Below, one piece after another: positions 11,137 to 19,698 of a stretch of 64,000 nt of DNA. Position numbers and translations under genes: made by a program. How positions within the stretch are numbered: position 1 is the first letter of the stretch; every line of letters begins with the position of its first letter. A model generated the notes under the pieces. It was given only the letters and a program-made list of their open reading frames with translations. It was not told where the DNA came from and searched no databases. The stretch is from an uncultured Desulfovibrionaceae bacterium (GTDB taxonomy: Bacteria; Desulfobacterota; Desulfovibrionia; Desulfovibrionales; Desulfovibrionaceae). The stretch is from the NCBI GenBank assembly GCA_964368455.1, contig CAYJAZ010000009.1, positions 14,941-78,940 on the forward strand, in the 5' to 3' direction.

Positions 11137-11769
11137 ATGCTCGCAAATAATTTCATACATAATTGCCAAAAATGTATAAATACATGCGATGGCAAAAGTA
11201 AGAATGTGTATCTTTTTGAAAAAGATGTTGACTTCTCTGAATTTTTTGAAAACAGACTAGTACAAGCATTTATAAACAAAGGATTTTTTGCAAAAAAAAC
11301 AGAGAAAGATGGCTATCCAGACATAGAAATCTATGATAAAAATAATAAAAAACTACTGTGCTATATAGAATTAAAAGCACAAAGAAGAACTTTTATGTCT
11401 GTTAAAACTTGCCTGCCAGAAGCAAATCTCTCTGCTTCAGAAACAATGGTACTCAATCTTTCAGATCTTCTTCGCTATATAGAAATAAAAAAAGAGATCA
11501 CAAGCCCTGTCTTTATTATGTGGATGCTTGAAAAAAGGCCTTGCATAGTTGAAAACAAAATAAAAGCATACATTCAAGACATTGAAAAACTTGATAAAAT
11601 CTATCAAGAATACGGCGATAAACGAAGATTTAGAAGAAAAAGCGGTGTTGGTGATATTGTTGATGGCCAGCACAAAGGCGTTGTCGTTAACTATCATTTT
11701 AGTTTAAAAGAATTAGAAGAATTTAATATTGAATCCTTTATAGACAAGTATTTGACAATAAAAAATTAA
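11137..11769 (+). CDS. Putative type II restriction endonuclease (PD-(D/E)XK) cognate to the upstream methyltransferase
   Basis: 210 aa. The ATG directly abuts the MTase stop (TAAATG). Candidate catalytic core GYPDIEIY-x10-CYIELK. No other family is recognisable by eye. Confidence 0.5.
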   Translation: MLANNFIHNCQKCINTCDGKSKNVYLFEKDVDFSEFFENRLVQAFINKGFFAKKTEKDGYPDIEIYDKNNKKLLCYIELKAQRRTFMSVKTCLPEANLSASETMVLNLSDLLRYIEIKKEITSPVFIMWMLEKRPCIVENKIKAYIQDIEKLDKIYQEYGDKRRFRRKSGVGDIVDGQHKGVVVNYHFSLKELEEFNIESFIDKYLTIKN

Positions 11770-11790
11770 TTATTTTTTTACTAGAATACA

Positions 11791-11826
11791 AAAAACTGCC
11801 AAAAATCAATTTTCTTGGCAGTTTTT
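11791..11826. terminator. Bidirectional hairpin terminator between the R-M pair and the convergent DUF1269 gene
   Basis: aaaaactgccaa-N12-ttggcagttttt; A-run and T-run flank the stem. Confidence 0.7.
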
Positions 11827-11859
11827 CTTTATTGAAAAAGTATAAAAAAATCTTTTTAA

Positions 11860-12360
11860 TTATTCTTGTTCACTATTATGTTTTTCTAGAGCTTCTTTTA
11901 ATTTTTCTTCATCATTATGTGAAAGCGAAGTTTGTATAATTGTTCCGCCTGTGCCCTCTAATTCGACAAGCACTTTGTCAAAAACAATATTATCAAGCAA
12001 CATGAAAAGCATAGAAGAATCGTCTTTAAGATTTTCTGCTAATTTCTTCATAAAGTCGTCCTCAATGCCAACATCAGTCAAAGCACCTGCAATAGCACCT
12101 GAACCAGCACCAGCAGCAAAGCCAAGCAATGGATTAAGGAATAAAACTCCTATCAATAAACCCCAAAATCCACCACTAGCAGCACCAGCAGCAGCCATAT
12201 TATACATCTGATCTAAGCGAACTTTTCCTTTTTCGTCCTTGGTTGCAACAACAGCATCTTCAAGGCTTACAAGATATTCTTTTTGCATTTTCACTAAATG
12301 CATGCGAACTTCTTGTGCTTTTTCCTTACTGTCGTAAGAAACTACTAGTAATGTACTCAT
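11860..12360 (-). CDS. DUF1269-type membrane protein
   Basis: 166 aa. An N-terminal soluble domain (LLVVSYDSKEKAQEV...) is followed by Gly-rich TM segments (AAAGAASGGFWGLLIGVLF...GFAAGAGSGAIAGAL). Confidence 0.55.
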   Translation of the reverse strand: MSTLLVVSYDSKEKAQEVRMHLVKMQKEYLVSLEDAVVATKDEKGKVRLDQMYNMAAAGAASGGFWGLLIGVLFLNPLLGFAAGAGSGAIAGALTDVGIEDDFMKKLAENLKDDSSMLFMLLDNIVFDKVLVELEGTGGTIIQTSLSHNDEEKLKEALEKHNSEQE

Positions 12361-12483
12361 AAAAACTCCTTAAATATAGAAAAATTGAAGAATATATGAA
12401 TAAAATAGCAAGTTTTTGTCTAAATAGCAAGTAAAGACTGAAATTTATCATCAAATTATAATTTAGAAATAAAATTACTAAGC

Positions 12484-12512
12484 TTGACAAGTGATTTTTT
12501 TTCGCCTAAATT
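12484..12512 (+). promoter_or_regulatory. Sigma70-like promoter for the small peptide gene
   Basis: TTGACA (12484-12489), 17-nt spacer, TAAATT (12507-12512). Confidence 0.4.
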
Positions 12513-12544
12513 ACTCTTATATTCTTACAAAAGGAAATCTTTTT

Positions 12545-12673
12545 ATGTCTACACAGGCAAAAGTAAAATCTATCAATATTTCAAACTCTCTTGTTCCAGC
12601 CTTTTTGGCAACAAGCGTTATTGCTATATGGTGGCTTTGGCAAACTCTGCCAAGTCTCTTTTCTGCTGTGTAA
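12545..12673 (+). CDS. 42-aa single-TM hydrophobic peptide (hypothetical)
   Basis: ATG at 12545 preceded by aaggaaa. MSTQAKVKSINISNSLVPAFLATSVIAIWWLWQTLPSLFSAV. It has its own promoter-like and terminator elements. Confidence 0.35.
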   Translation: MSTQAKVKSINISNSLVPAFLATSVIAIWWLWQTLPSLFSAV

Positions 12674-12693
12674 AATAGTATTGTATATATAAT

Positions 12694-12731
12694 GAGAGGC
12701 TCTGGCATATTTGTTCAGGGCCTCTTTTTTT
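12694..12731 (+). terminator. Rho-independent terminator
   Basis: gagaggctctg-N11-cagggcctc (one mismatch) followed by T8. It overlaps the ORF-track start 12711, which argues for the dctP start at 12771. Confidence 0.7.
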
Positions 12732-12770
12732 ATGTTCTTTTTTAAAATCTCTAACCACAAAGGATTGTAC

Positions 12771-13787
12771 ATGAAATCTCTTCTTCAAAAATCATTTATC
12801 ACTTTCTTTTTTCTTGCTATTTGCACTTTTTCTGCCCAAGCAAAAGAATTACGCTACGCAAATTTTCCGCCTGCAAGCACTTTTCCAAGCATGCAAATGG
12901 ACGCATGGATAGATGTTATTGAAAAAAGAACAAATAATGAAGTTCAAGTGCAAACCTTTCCTGCAAGCACGCTATTAGACACAAAAACAATGCTCAGAGG
13001 TATAGCACAAGGACAAGCAGATATTGGTGTCACAAGCCTTCTCTACTATCCTGGTTCTTTTCCACTCTTTGAAGTTTTTGGCCTGCCTCTCGGCTTTACT
13101 TCTGCTACAGAAGCAAGCTTTGTTGTGTGGGAAATATTCAAAAAATACACACCAAAAGAATTAGCTCGTTATAAAGTTTTAACTATGTTTACCTCTGCTC
13201 CCTCACAAATAATGAGCACAAAGAAAATTGAAAATCTTTCTGACATAAAAAAAGTCAGCCTGCGTGCCTCAGGAACTATTTCAGATGCCCTCACAGCCAT
13301 TGGCGGCAATGCTGTTTCTATTCCAATGTCTGAAACGCCAGAAGCCTTGCAAAAAAATGTTGTCGACGGCGTTTGTTCTTCTTTTGACACACTTTATGAT
13401 ATGAATTTTGCTGAAGATTGTAAATTTGGCTTAAGCGTAAATATGCCTGTTTATCCCTTTGTTGTTATTATGAATAAAAAATCTTTTGATAAACTTTCAG
13501 ATAAGGCAAAAGAAGAAATTGAAAATTATAGTGATGAACACGCGCTCTACACAGGAAAACTTGTTGATGCTTCTGGCAAAAAAGCTCTTGATTGGGCTAT
13601 CAAGGAACATAATTTCTCACATGCAAATATGAGCGAAAAAGAACAAGAAGAAATCAGAACAAAATCTGCTCCTCTTATTGAAAAATGGAAAGAAAACGCT
13701 CTTGATAAAGGCCTTGACGCTGAAGCTATACTTGCTGATATAGAAAAACTTCGCATGCTTTTCAAAGAAAAATATTCCCAAAATTAA
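12771..13787 (+). CDS. TRAP transporter substrate-binding protein (DctP family)
   Basis: The start at 12771 gives signal peptide MKSLLQKSFITFFFLAICTFSAQA. DctP-like ELRYANFPPAST... sequence, followed by the Q and M genes. Confidence 0.8.
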   Translation: MKSLLQKSFITFFFLAICTFSAQAKELRYANFPPASTFPSMQMDAWIDVIEKRTNNEVQVQTFPASTLLDTKTMLRGIAQGQADIGVTSLLYYPGSFPLFEVFGLPLGFTSATEASFVVWEIFKKYTPKELARYKVLTMFTSAPSQIMSTKKIENLSDIKKVSLRASGTISDALTAIGGNAVSIPMSETPEALQKNVVDGVCSSFDTLYDMNFAEDCKFGLSVNMPVYPFVVIMNKKSFDKLSDKAKEEIENYSDEHALYTGKLVDASGKKALDWAIKEHNFSHANMSEKEQEEIRTKSAPLIEKWKENALDKGLDAEAILADIEKLRMLFKEKYSQN

Positions 13788-13796
13788 GGATAACAC

Positions 13797-14315
13797 ATGA
13801 CTGTCTTAGCCCGCCGATTAGCAAAAGCTCTCTTCTTAATAGGTGCCTTCCTCTTTATTATTGTTATTGCAATCACGCTCACAAATATCTTTTTACGTTT
13901 CTTTGATTCAAGCTTAAGAGGTGCGATAGAACTTTCTTCTTATCTTTCAGCTGCCGCAATGGGACTTTGTCTTCCGCAATTACAAATTCAAAAAGCACAT
14001 GCAAATGCTGGAATTTTCGTTGAAAAATTGCCAAAAATGCTTCAAGAAATACAGATTTTTTGTGTGCAAGTGTTTTGCTTTGCAATAACTTTAGCTATCT
14101 CTTTAGAATTATATGACTTAACAATATTTATTCATGAAGGTATGGAAGTTGTCGACGGTTTCAATATCCCCTCAGCTCTCTTTACAGCCATTCTCACGCT
14201 TGGGCTTCTAGGGCAATGCATGATCATTGGCCTAGAACTTCTTGCTATGCTCAAAATACTTATTAAAAAAATAGCTTTATTTTCTCAATCAAATATTGTC
14301 AAAACTAGAGCATAA
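13797..14315 (+). CDS. TRAP transporter small permease (DctQ family)
   Basis: 172 aa, about 4 TM helices, positioned between the P and M components. Confidence 0.75.
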   Translation: MTVLARRLAKALFLIGAFLFIIVIAITLTNIFLRFFDSSLRGAIELSSYLSAAAMGLCLPQLQIQKAHANAGIFVEKLPKMLQEIQIFCVQVFCFAITLAISLELYDLTIFIHEGMEVVDGFNIPSALFTAILTLGLLGQCMIIGLELLAMLKILIKKIALFSQSNIVKTRA

Positions 14316-14324
14316 GGGAATAAT

Positions 14325-15644
14325 ATGTCACCAATAATATTAGCAATTCTGTCTTTAGTCTTTCTTGTTTTCGGTATTCTCTATATACGCATCCCTATAG
14401 CATTTCTTCTTGCCCTTATTGCTTTTGTTGGCTATGGCATTCTTGACGGCTATAGTCTAGCATTGAATATGCTTGGCAATGAATTATGGACTGTTTTTTC
14501 TAATTATGGCCTTACAGTTATCCCTTGTTTTGTTTTTATGGGGCAAATTTGCTTTCACTCAGGCCTGAGCCAAAGACTTTATGCTGGAATTCAAGCATTT
14601 TGCGGACATAGACGCGGAGGCCTTGCCCTCGCTACTGTTATGGCTTGTGGTGGTTTTGCAGCTATTTGCGGCTCAAATACAGCAACAGCGGCCACTATGT
14701 CTGTTGTTGCCTTACCAGAAATGAAGAGATATGGCTATAATCCTCTACTTTCAAGCGGTACTGTTGTTGCTGGCACAACGCTTGGTGCAATTATTCCGCC
14801 TAGTGTCGTTGCTATAGTTGTTGGCGTGCAAACATCTCAATCAATTGAAGCCCTTTTCTTAGGCTCGCTCTTGCCTGGCTTATTATTGCTTTGTCTTTTT
14901 ATGTTCACTATTCCCTTTGTACTTCGTTTTAAACCTGAATGGGCCCTAGTAAGTGCAAAAACATCCATCAAAGAACGCCTTCAACATCTAGGTGGATTAT
15001 TTGAAGGTTTTGCCCTCTTCTTCATAGTTGTTATTTGTCTTGCCTTTGGAATTTTCACACCAACTGAAGCAGGTGCTGCTGGAGCAACAACAGCCCTATT
15101 GATAGGTATTGTCCGTAGAAGCTTGACTTTTAGTAAGTTAATAAAGGCTTTAGAAGAAAGTTTGACAATTTCTGTCATGCTCCTTTTCTTACTTGCTACA
15201 GCCTCTATGTTTGGTAAATTCCTCACACTTACTCGCTTTCCCTTTGAACTTGCAAATTCTCTCACAACACTTGCCTTGCCTGAATTTTCCATACTTTTAC
15301 TTGTTCTTCTCATCTTCGTGCTTGGGGGCATGCTTATGGACGCCCTCGCACTCTTAGTTATTGCAATGCCTATCTTTTTTCCATTAGCACAAGCTATGGA
15401 ATGGAATACTTTATGGTTTAGCGTCTTACTTATTGTTGTCACTTCCTTAGGAGCGATGACACCGCCTGTAGGCATTGCTGCCTATATTGTTTCTAATCTA
15501 TCCGCAAAAAAAGAAGAAGAAAAAATTCCACTAAACACAGTATTTAAAGGAGCTTTACTCTTTGTACCTGCTTATTTTATTTGCATATTTCTTCTTTTAA
15601 CCTTGCCACAAAGTGTGACTTTCTTACCTGATTTTTTGAAATAA
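14325..15644 (+). CDS. TRAP transporter large permease (DctM family)
   Basis: 439 aa polytopic protein. DctM-like strings GGLALATVMACGGFAAICGS, GTTLGAIIPPS. Confidence 0.85.
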   Translation: MSPIILAILSLVFLVFGILYIRIPIAFLLALIAFVGYGILDGYSLALNMLGNELWTVFSNYGLTVIPCFVFMGQICFHSGLSQRLYAGIQAFCGHRRGGLALATVMACGGFAAICGSNTATAATMSVVALPEMKRYGYNPLLSSGTVVAGTTLGAIIPPSVVAIVVGVQTSQSIEALFLGSLLPGLLLLCLFMFTIPFVLRFKPEWALVSAKTSIKERLQHLGGLFEGFALFFIVVICLAFGIFTPTEAGAAGATTALLIGIVRRSLTFSKLIKALEESLTISVMLLFLLATASMFGKFLTLTRFPFELANSLTTLALPEFSILLLVLLIFVLGGMLMDALALLVIAMPIFFPLAQAMEWNTLWFSVLLIVVTSLGAMTPPVGIAAYIVSNLSAKKEEEKIPLNTVFKGALLFVPAYFICIFLLLTLPQSVTFLPDFLK

Positions 15645-15670
15645 TTTAAATTAAAATAAGAAATTTGATA

Positions 15671-15696
15671 AAAAGGCTATTTATTAGCCTTTTTTA
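15671..15696 (+). terminator. Rho-independent terminator of the TRAP operon
   Basis: aaaaggcta-tttat-tagcctttt followed by a T-run. Confidence 0.65.
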
Positions 15697-15797
15697 CTTT
15701 TATAAAAAGAAATTTAAATTTAATAACAATTTTTAAAATATAAGATAATACTATTAGCTAAATTTACACATCTTTTATGCCTAAAAAATAATTTTTC

Positions 15798-15826
15798 TTG
15801 ACATTTTCTAGACTTTTACATACTTT
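15798..15826 (+). promoter_or_regulatory. Possible promoter of the glycan island
   Basis: TTGACA (15798-15803), 17-nt spacer, TACTTT (15821-15826), about 28 nt before the first island ATG. Confidence 0.3.
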
Positions 15827-15853
15827 TAAATAAAAGAATAAAGGCACATAAGT

Positions 15854-16585
15854 ATGAAAAAGATAGCTATAATGCAACCCTATTTTTTCCCATATATAGG
15901 TTATTTCAAACTTATTAATGCTGTCGATTGCTTTATTTTCTTAGATGATGTGAGCTTTATTAAGCAAGGTTTTATACATCGCAATAAGTTATTGTTCAAC
16001 TCCACTCCGACATGGTTCACCCTCCCTCTTCAAAATGCTAGCCAAAACGTCACAATACAAAACACTAAAATTTCGCAAGAAAATTTCCCTAAATGGCGTA
16101 GAAAATTTCTTGCAAGTCTTCATTCTTTCTATTCAAAAAGTCCCTATTATAAATCTGGACTTGAAATAGTGCAAGCCACTTTAGATGAACCAAGTTTGTA
16201 TATGGGTGAATTTGCAAAGAAAAGTATTGAAAATTGCGTTCAATATCTTGAAATTCAAACTCAATTTACTTCATCAAGCCAAATGAAGACAAATAAAGAC
16301 TTCAAAGCAGAAGAAAGAATTTTAGCTTTGTGTAAAGAAGTTAATGCGAGTGAATATATCAATCTTTCAGGCGGTAAAGAAATTTACTGTGCTAAAAATT
16401 TCTCTAAAGAAGGTATAGGACTATCCTTTCTAAAACCTGAACAATTTGAAATATCAGTTAATTTAATTCAAATTCAAGACAATAAAAGCTATAATCCCTA
16501 TCTTTCCATTCTTGATTTAATTATGTGCTTTAGTAAAGAAGAAATAAAAAAACTTTTAGCAAACACAGAATTTGACGCTTTATAG
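15854..16585 (+). CDS. WbqC-family protein
   Basis: The N-terminus MKKIAIMQPYFFPYIGYFKLI is the hallmark of WbqC-like proteins from polysaccharide loci. Confidence 0.7.
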   Translation: MKKIAIMQPYFFPYIGYFKLINAVDCFIFLDDVSFIKQGFIHRNKLLFNSTPTWFTLPLQNASQNVTIQNTKISQENFPKWRRKFLASLHSFYSKSPYYKSGLEIVQATLDEPSLYMGEFAKKSIENCVQYLEIQTQFTSSSQMKTNKDFKAEERILALCKEVNASEYINLSGGKEIYCAKNFSKEGIGLSFLKPEQFEISVNLIQIQDNKSYNPYLSILDLIMCFSKEEIKKLLANTEFDAL

Positions 16586-16608
16586 CTTTTTCATAAAAAG
16601 GATCTTAT

Positions 16609-17307
16609 ATGAAGCTCTTACAATCCACCCACTACCAAATTTTAGAAGAAGCTCGATTAAAAGACTTGCTTGCTGCCTATGCTCATAAAGATGTTCTTGA
16701 TATTGGCTGTGGTCAAGGGAAATATTTAAAAATACTCAAAGATTTATCCTGTAATGCCACAGGAATAGATATAAATTCTGAACAAATTGAGAAGTTAAAA
16801 GAGCAAGGCTATACTGCCTACACTTTGGCTGAAATACCGCAAGACAAAAAATACGATTTGATTCTTATGGCACATATAGTCGAGCATCTCACACCTGAAG
16901 AATTAGTTAATTTCCTAGACACTTATCTAGCAATGCTCAAGGAAGATGGCAAACTTATTGTAGTGACCCCTGTTCTTGGAGCACGCTTTTATTACGATGC
17001 CACCCATATTCGTCCCTATTATCCACAAAGTTTATGGATGATGATGGGCAATTTAGACACAGCCCATTCTTTTCGTTCGAAATTTTGTATGGATTTAGAA
17101 GATATTTATTTTTTCAGAGATTCCTATAGATTACGCGAAGTACGTGCCTATTATGTAAAGCCACACACTCCTTATGAAAAAATATGTGCTAAAGTCTGCT
17201 CTATTACAAATTATTTTCTCGCTTATCTGCATCATTTTTCTAAGGGAAAAATTGGGGCAACTGCAAGCTGGATTGGGCTTTATGGTAATAAAAAGGAGCG
17301 TTTATAA
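16609..17307 (+). CDS. Class I SAM-dependent methyltransferase
   Basis: Motif I VLDIGCGQGKY; post-I and motif II pattern (DLILMAHIVEHL). Confidence 0.8.
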   Translation: MKLLQSTHYQILEEARLKDLLAAYAHKDVLDIGCGQGKYLKILKDLSCNATGIDINSEQIEKLKEQGYTAYTLAEIPQDKKYDLILMAHIVEHLTPEELVNFLDTYLAMLKEDGKLIVVTPVLGARFYYDATHIRPYYPQSLWMMMGNLDTAHSFRSKFCMDLEDIYFFRDSYRLREVRAYYVKPHTPYEKICAKVCSITNYFLAYLHHFSKGKIGATASWIGLYGNKKERL

Positions 17308-18621
17308 ATGGGGATTGATGTATCTAATGTTGCTATTTTTCCAAGCGAAGCAGAAAATGCTTTAGAGCTTTTTCGTGCATTAAACTATGCTCCTCGCTTT
17401 AAAATAATAGGCCTTGCAAGCAAAGAAGGACATGCAAGTTTTGCTTTTGAACACTACAGAACAGACATACCCTACATCGACGATGCGAATTTTTTGGAAG
17501 AATTTTCTCGTATTTTAATAGAAGAAAAAATCAAATATATCTTTCCAACGCACGATAGTGTAGCTCTTTTTTTAAAAGAGAATGAAAATTTGTTACCAGC
17601 AAAAATCTTATGTTCGGAAGTGAATACTGCAAAACTTTGCAAATATAAGAATCTACTTTATGATTTTTTTGAAAAAGAAGACTTTTGCCCTAAAATCTTC
17701 AAAAAAGAAGAAATAAATGCTTCAACAAACTTGCCTATCTTTGTAAAACCCTCACAAGGGCAAGGGGGGCAAGGCTGTAAAAAAATATCAAATATAAAAC
17801 AATTAAATGAAGAACTTGCCTTTCAAGATGGGAAAATTTTTTGCGAATATTTGCCAGGAAAAGAATATACTGTTGATTGCTTCACCGATAGACATAGGCA
17901 ATTGTTATTTGCGGGGGCACGCTCAAGAGACAGAGTGAAGATGGGAATTTCTTTTAGCACTAAAAATCTTTGCATAGAAAAAGACAAAGAAATTATACTA
18001 GAAATAGAAGAAATTGCCGCAAAAATTAATGCAAAGATACATCTTCATGGTTTATGGTTTTTCCAAGTAAAAGCAGACTCAAAAGGCAAGTTGAAATTAC
18101 TTGAAATATCCACTCGAGTTGCGACTTCAATGTCTTTATTCAGACAAAATGGAATAAATTTTGCATTGATGTCATTGTATGATGCTTTACAAATGGATTT
18201 GAAGCTTGTTGAAAACCAAGGTCCTATAAGAAAAAGTCGTTTTTTAGCAAGCACTTACAAAACAAACATCACTTATGATGCAGTGTATATAGATCTTGAT
18301 GACACTCTTATTGTAAGAGATAAAGTCAATTTATTGGCTATTAACTTTCTCTATCAATGCGTGAATGAGCAAAAAGAAATCATACTGATAACGAGGCATG
18401 AAGGCGATATTGCAACTTATTTAGAAAAATTTTGCATACACACTTCATTATTTAGTGAAATAATTCATATCAAGGACGCAAGTAAAAAATCTTCCTTTAT
18501 CACTAAAAAAGACGCAATCTTTATAGATAATCTTTTTGTTGAAAGACTTGATGTGAAAAAAATGCTGAATATTCCAGTTTTTGATGTCGATGCCATTGAA
18601 AGCTTAATCAAAATAAAATAA
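17308..18621 (+). CDS. ATP-grasp ligase fused to a C-terminal HAD-like domain
   Basis: ATP-grasp strings PIFVKPSQGQGGQGC, EYTVDCF. The C-terminal HAD motif I is YIDLDDTLIV, followed by ILITRHE and FIDN. Confidence 0.6.
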   Translation: MGIDVSNVAIFPSEAENALELFRALNYAPRFKIIGLASKEGHASFAFEHYRTDIPYIDDANFLEEFSRILIEEKIKYIFPTHDSVALFLKENENLLPAKILCSEVNTAKLCKYKNLLYDFFEKEDFCPKIFKKEEINASTNLPIFVKPSQGQGGQGCKKISNIKQLNEELAFQDGKIFCEYLPGKEYTVDCFTDRHRQLLFAGARSRDRVKMGISFSTKNLCIEKDKEIILEIEEIAAKINAKIHLHGLWFFQVKADSKGKLKLLEISTRVATSMSLFRQNGINFALMSLYDALQMDLKLVENQGPIRKSRFLASTYKTNITYDAVYIDLDDTLIVRDKVNLLAINFLYQCVNEQKEIILITRHEGDIATYLEKFCIHTSLFSEIIHIKDASKKSSFITKKDAIFIDNLFVERLDVKKMLNIPVFDVDAIESLIKIK

Positions 18622-18639
18622 ATAAAACAAGGTTATTAT

Positions 18640-19698
18640 ATGAAGATTTGTTCCTATCCTTTTAGACATATGTATTTAGATAAATTTGATGGCGATGTTT
18701 GGCTTTGTCCTTGGTCACAAAAAGAATATGGTCTTATTGGCAATATTTTTGAAACTCCATTATACGAGATTTGGAATGGGCAAAGAGCAAACGAAATTCG
18801 CCAAGCTTTTCGTGAAGGAAAGCTTATGCAAATGTGTAGAGCAGATGCTTGTCCTAGCATGCAAAACGGAACTTTAGAAGATCTCACAGAAGAAAGTCTA
18901 GAAAGACTTGCTGTATTTCACGAATATCCTAATAAAATCAACCTTGCACACGACTATACCTGCAATCAAGCATGCGAAACTTGTCGCCCTCATCCTTTTT
19001 ATCCACCAGCAGATTATCGCCAAAAAGTTGAAGCAATAAATGTTGCTATTGCTCCTTTTTTAGATAAAACACATACATTATCTTTATCTGGGCATGGCGA
19101 TCCTTTTGCTAGCCCTTATATGATGGATTTGATGGAAAACTTACACCCTACTTCTCATAATTTTCGTATGCATTTAGAAACAAATGGCGTTTATTTTGAC
19201 AAAAGACATTGGGAAAGAATTAAGCATCTTTCAGAATTTCACATAGAAGTTGCAATAACCGCAAATACTTATGATCCTTATATTTATAAACTTATAAATA
19301 AAAATGGCATCTATGAAAAAATGATGGAAAATCTTAAATTTATTGCCCAGCTTCGTAAGGAAAATCTTCTTAAAAGATTTAATATAAATCTTGTCATACA
19401 AGATAAAAACTTTAGAGAAATGCCATCATTTATTGAACGTTCTAAAGAAGAATTTAACTGTGATCTAGTTGTTCTTCGCCCTGTATATCAATGGGGAAAA
19501 ACAATGACACCTGATCAATATTGGTATAAAGACGTGCTCAATCCTATGCATCCATACCATGAAGAATATGTTGAACTTTTAGATCATCCTTCAATGAATA
19601 AAGCTTATGTTTACAATTTCGGAGGCAGAAGCCTACATCCTGCAACTCCTTTCCCAGGACATTTTCCAAAACCGGAGAGCAAGTATGCTAGAAAATAA
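18640..19698 (+). CDS. Radical SAM protein with an N-terminal SPASM/twitch-like Cys domain (apparent domain permutation)
   Basis: The CX3CX2C motif (YTCNQACETC) sits at about aa 108. The first 75 aa read like a SPASM tail (CSYPF..L...GDVWLCPW....GLIGNIFETPLYEIWNG...CRADAC). Confidence 0.65.
   Translation: MKICSYPFRHMYLDKFDGDVWLCPWSQKEYGLIGNIFETPLYEIWNGQRANEIRQAFREGKLMQMCRADACPSMQNGTLEDLTEESLERLAVFHEYPNKINLAHDYTCNQACETCRPHPFYPPADYRQKVEAINVAIAPFLDKTHTLSLSGHGDPFASPYMMDLMENLHPTSHNFRMHLETNGVYFDKRHWERIKHLSEFHIEVAITANTYDPYIYKLINKNGIYEKMMENLKFIAQLRKENLLKRFNINLVIQDKNFREMPSFIERSKEEFNCDLVVLRPVYQWGKTMTPDQYWYKDVLNPMHPYHEEYVELLDHPSMNKAYVYNFGGRSLHPATPFPGHFPKPESKYARK

Noticed and set aside
12484-12772. Four overlapping 60-64-aa ORFs on both strands in the DUF1269/dctP gap.
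   Set aside because: Only the 42-codon sub-ORF starting at 12545 has an SD, a promoter and a terminator in a sensible arrangement. The others start at non-ATG codons or run antisense through the terminator.
14981-15475. 164-aa antisense ORF inside dctM. Similar antisense or alternate-frame ORFs from the track include 585..803, 3024..3416, 6687..7001, 9419..9781, 10917..11279, 26768..27178, 31458..31823, 29862..30176, 62044..62289 and 63047..63325.
   Set aside because: They lie entirely within, and opposite to or out of frame with, long ORFs that have clear family signatures. They have low-complexity or odd composition and no SD or start context. They are typical shadow ORFs.
17764-17769. A G6 tract in the ATP-grasp-HAD gene and a C6 tract at 45712-45717 in the DegT gene, considered as phase-variation switches.
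   Set aside because: Six residues is short compared with the G8 or longer tracts of known contingency loci. Both encode ordinary Gly codons (QGQGGQGC, EGGA).
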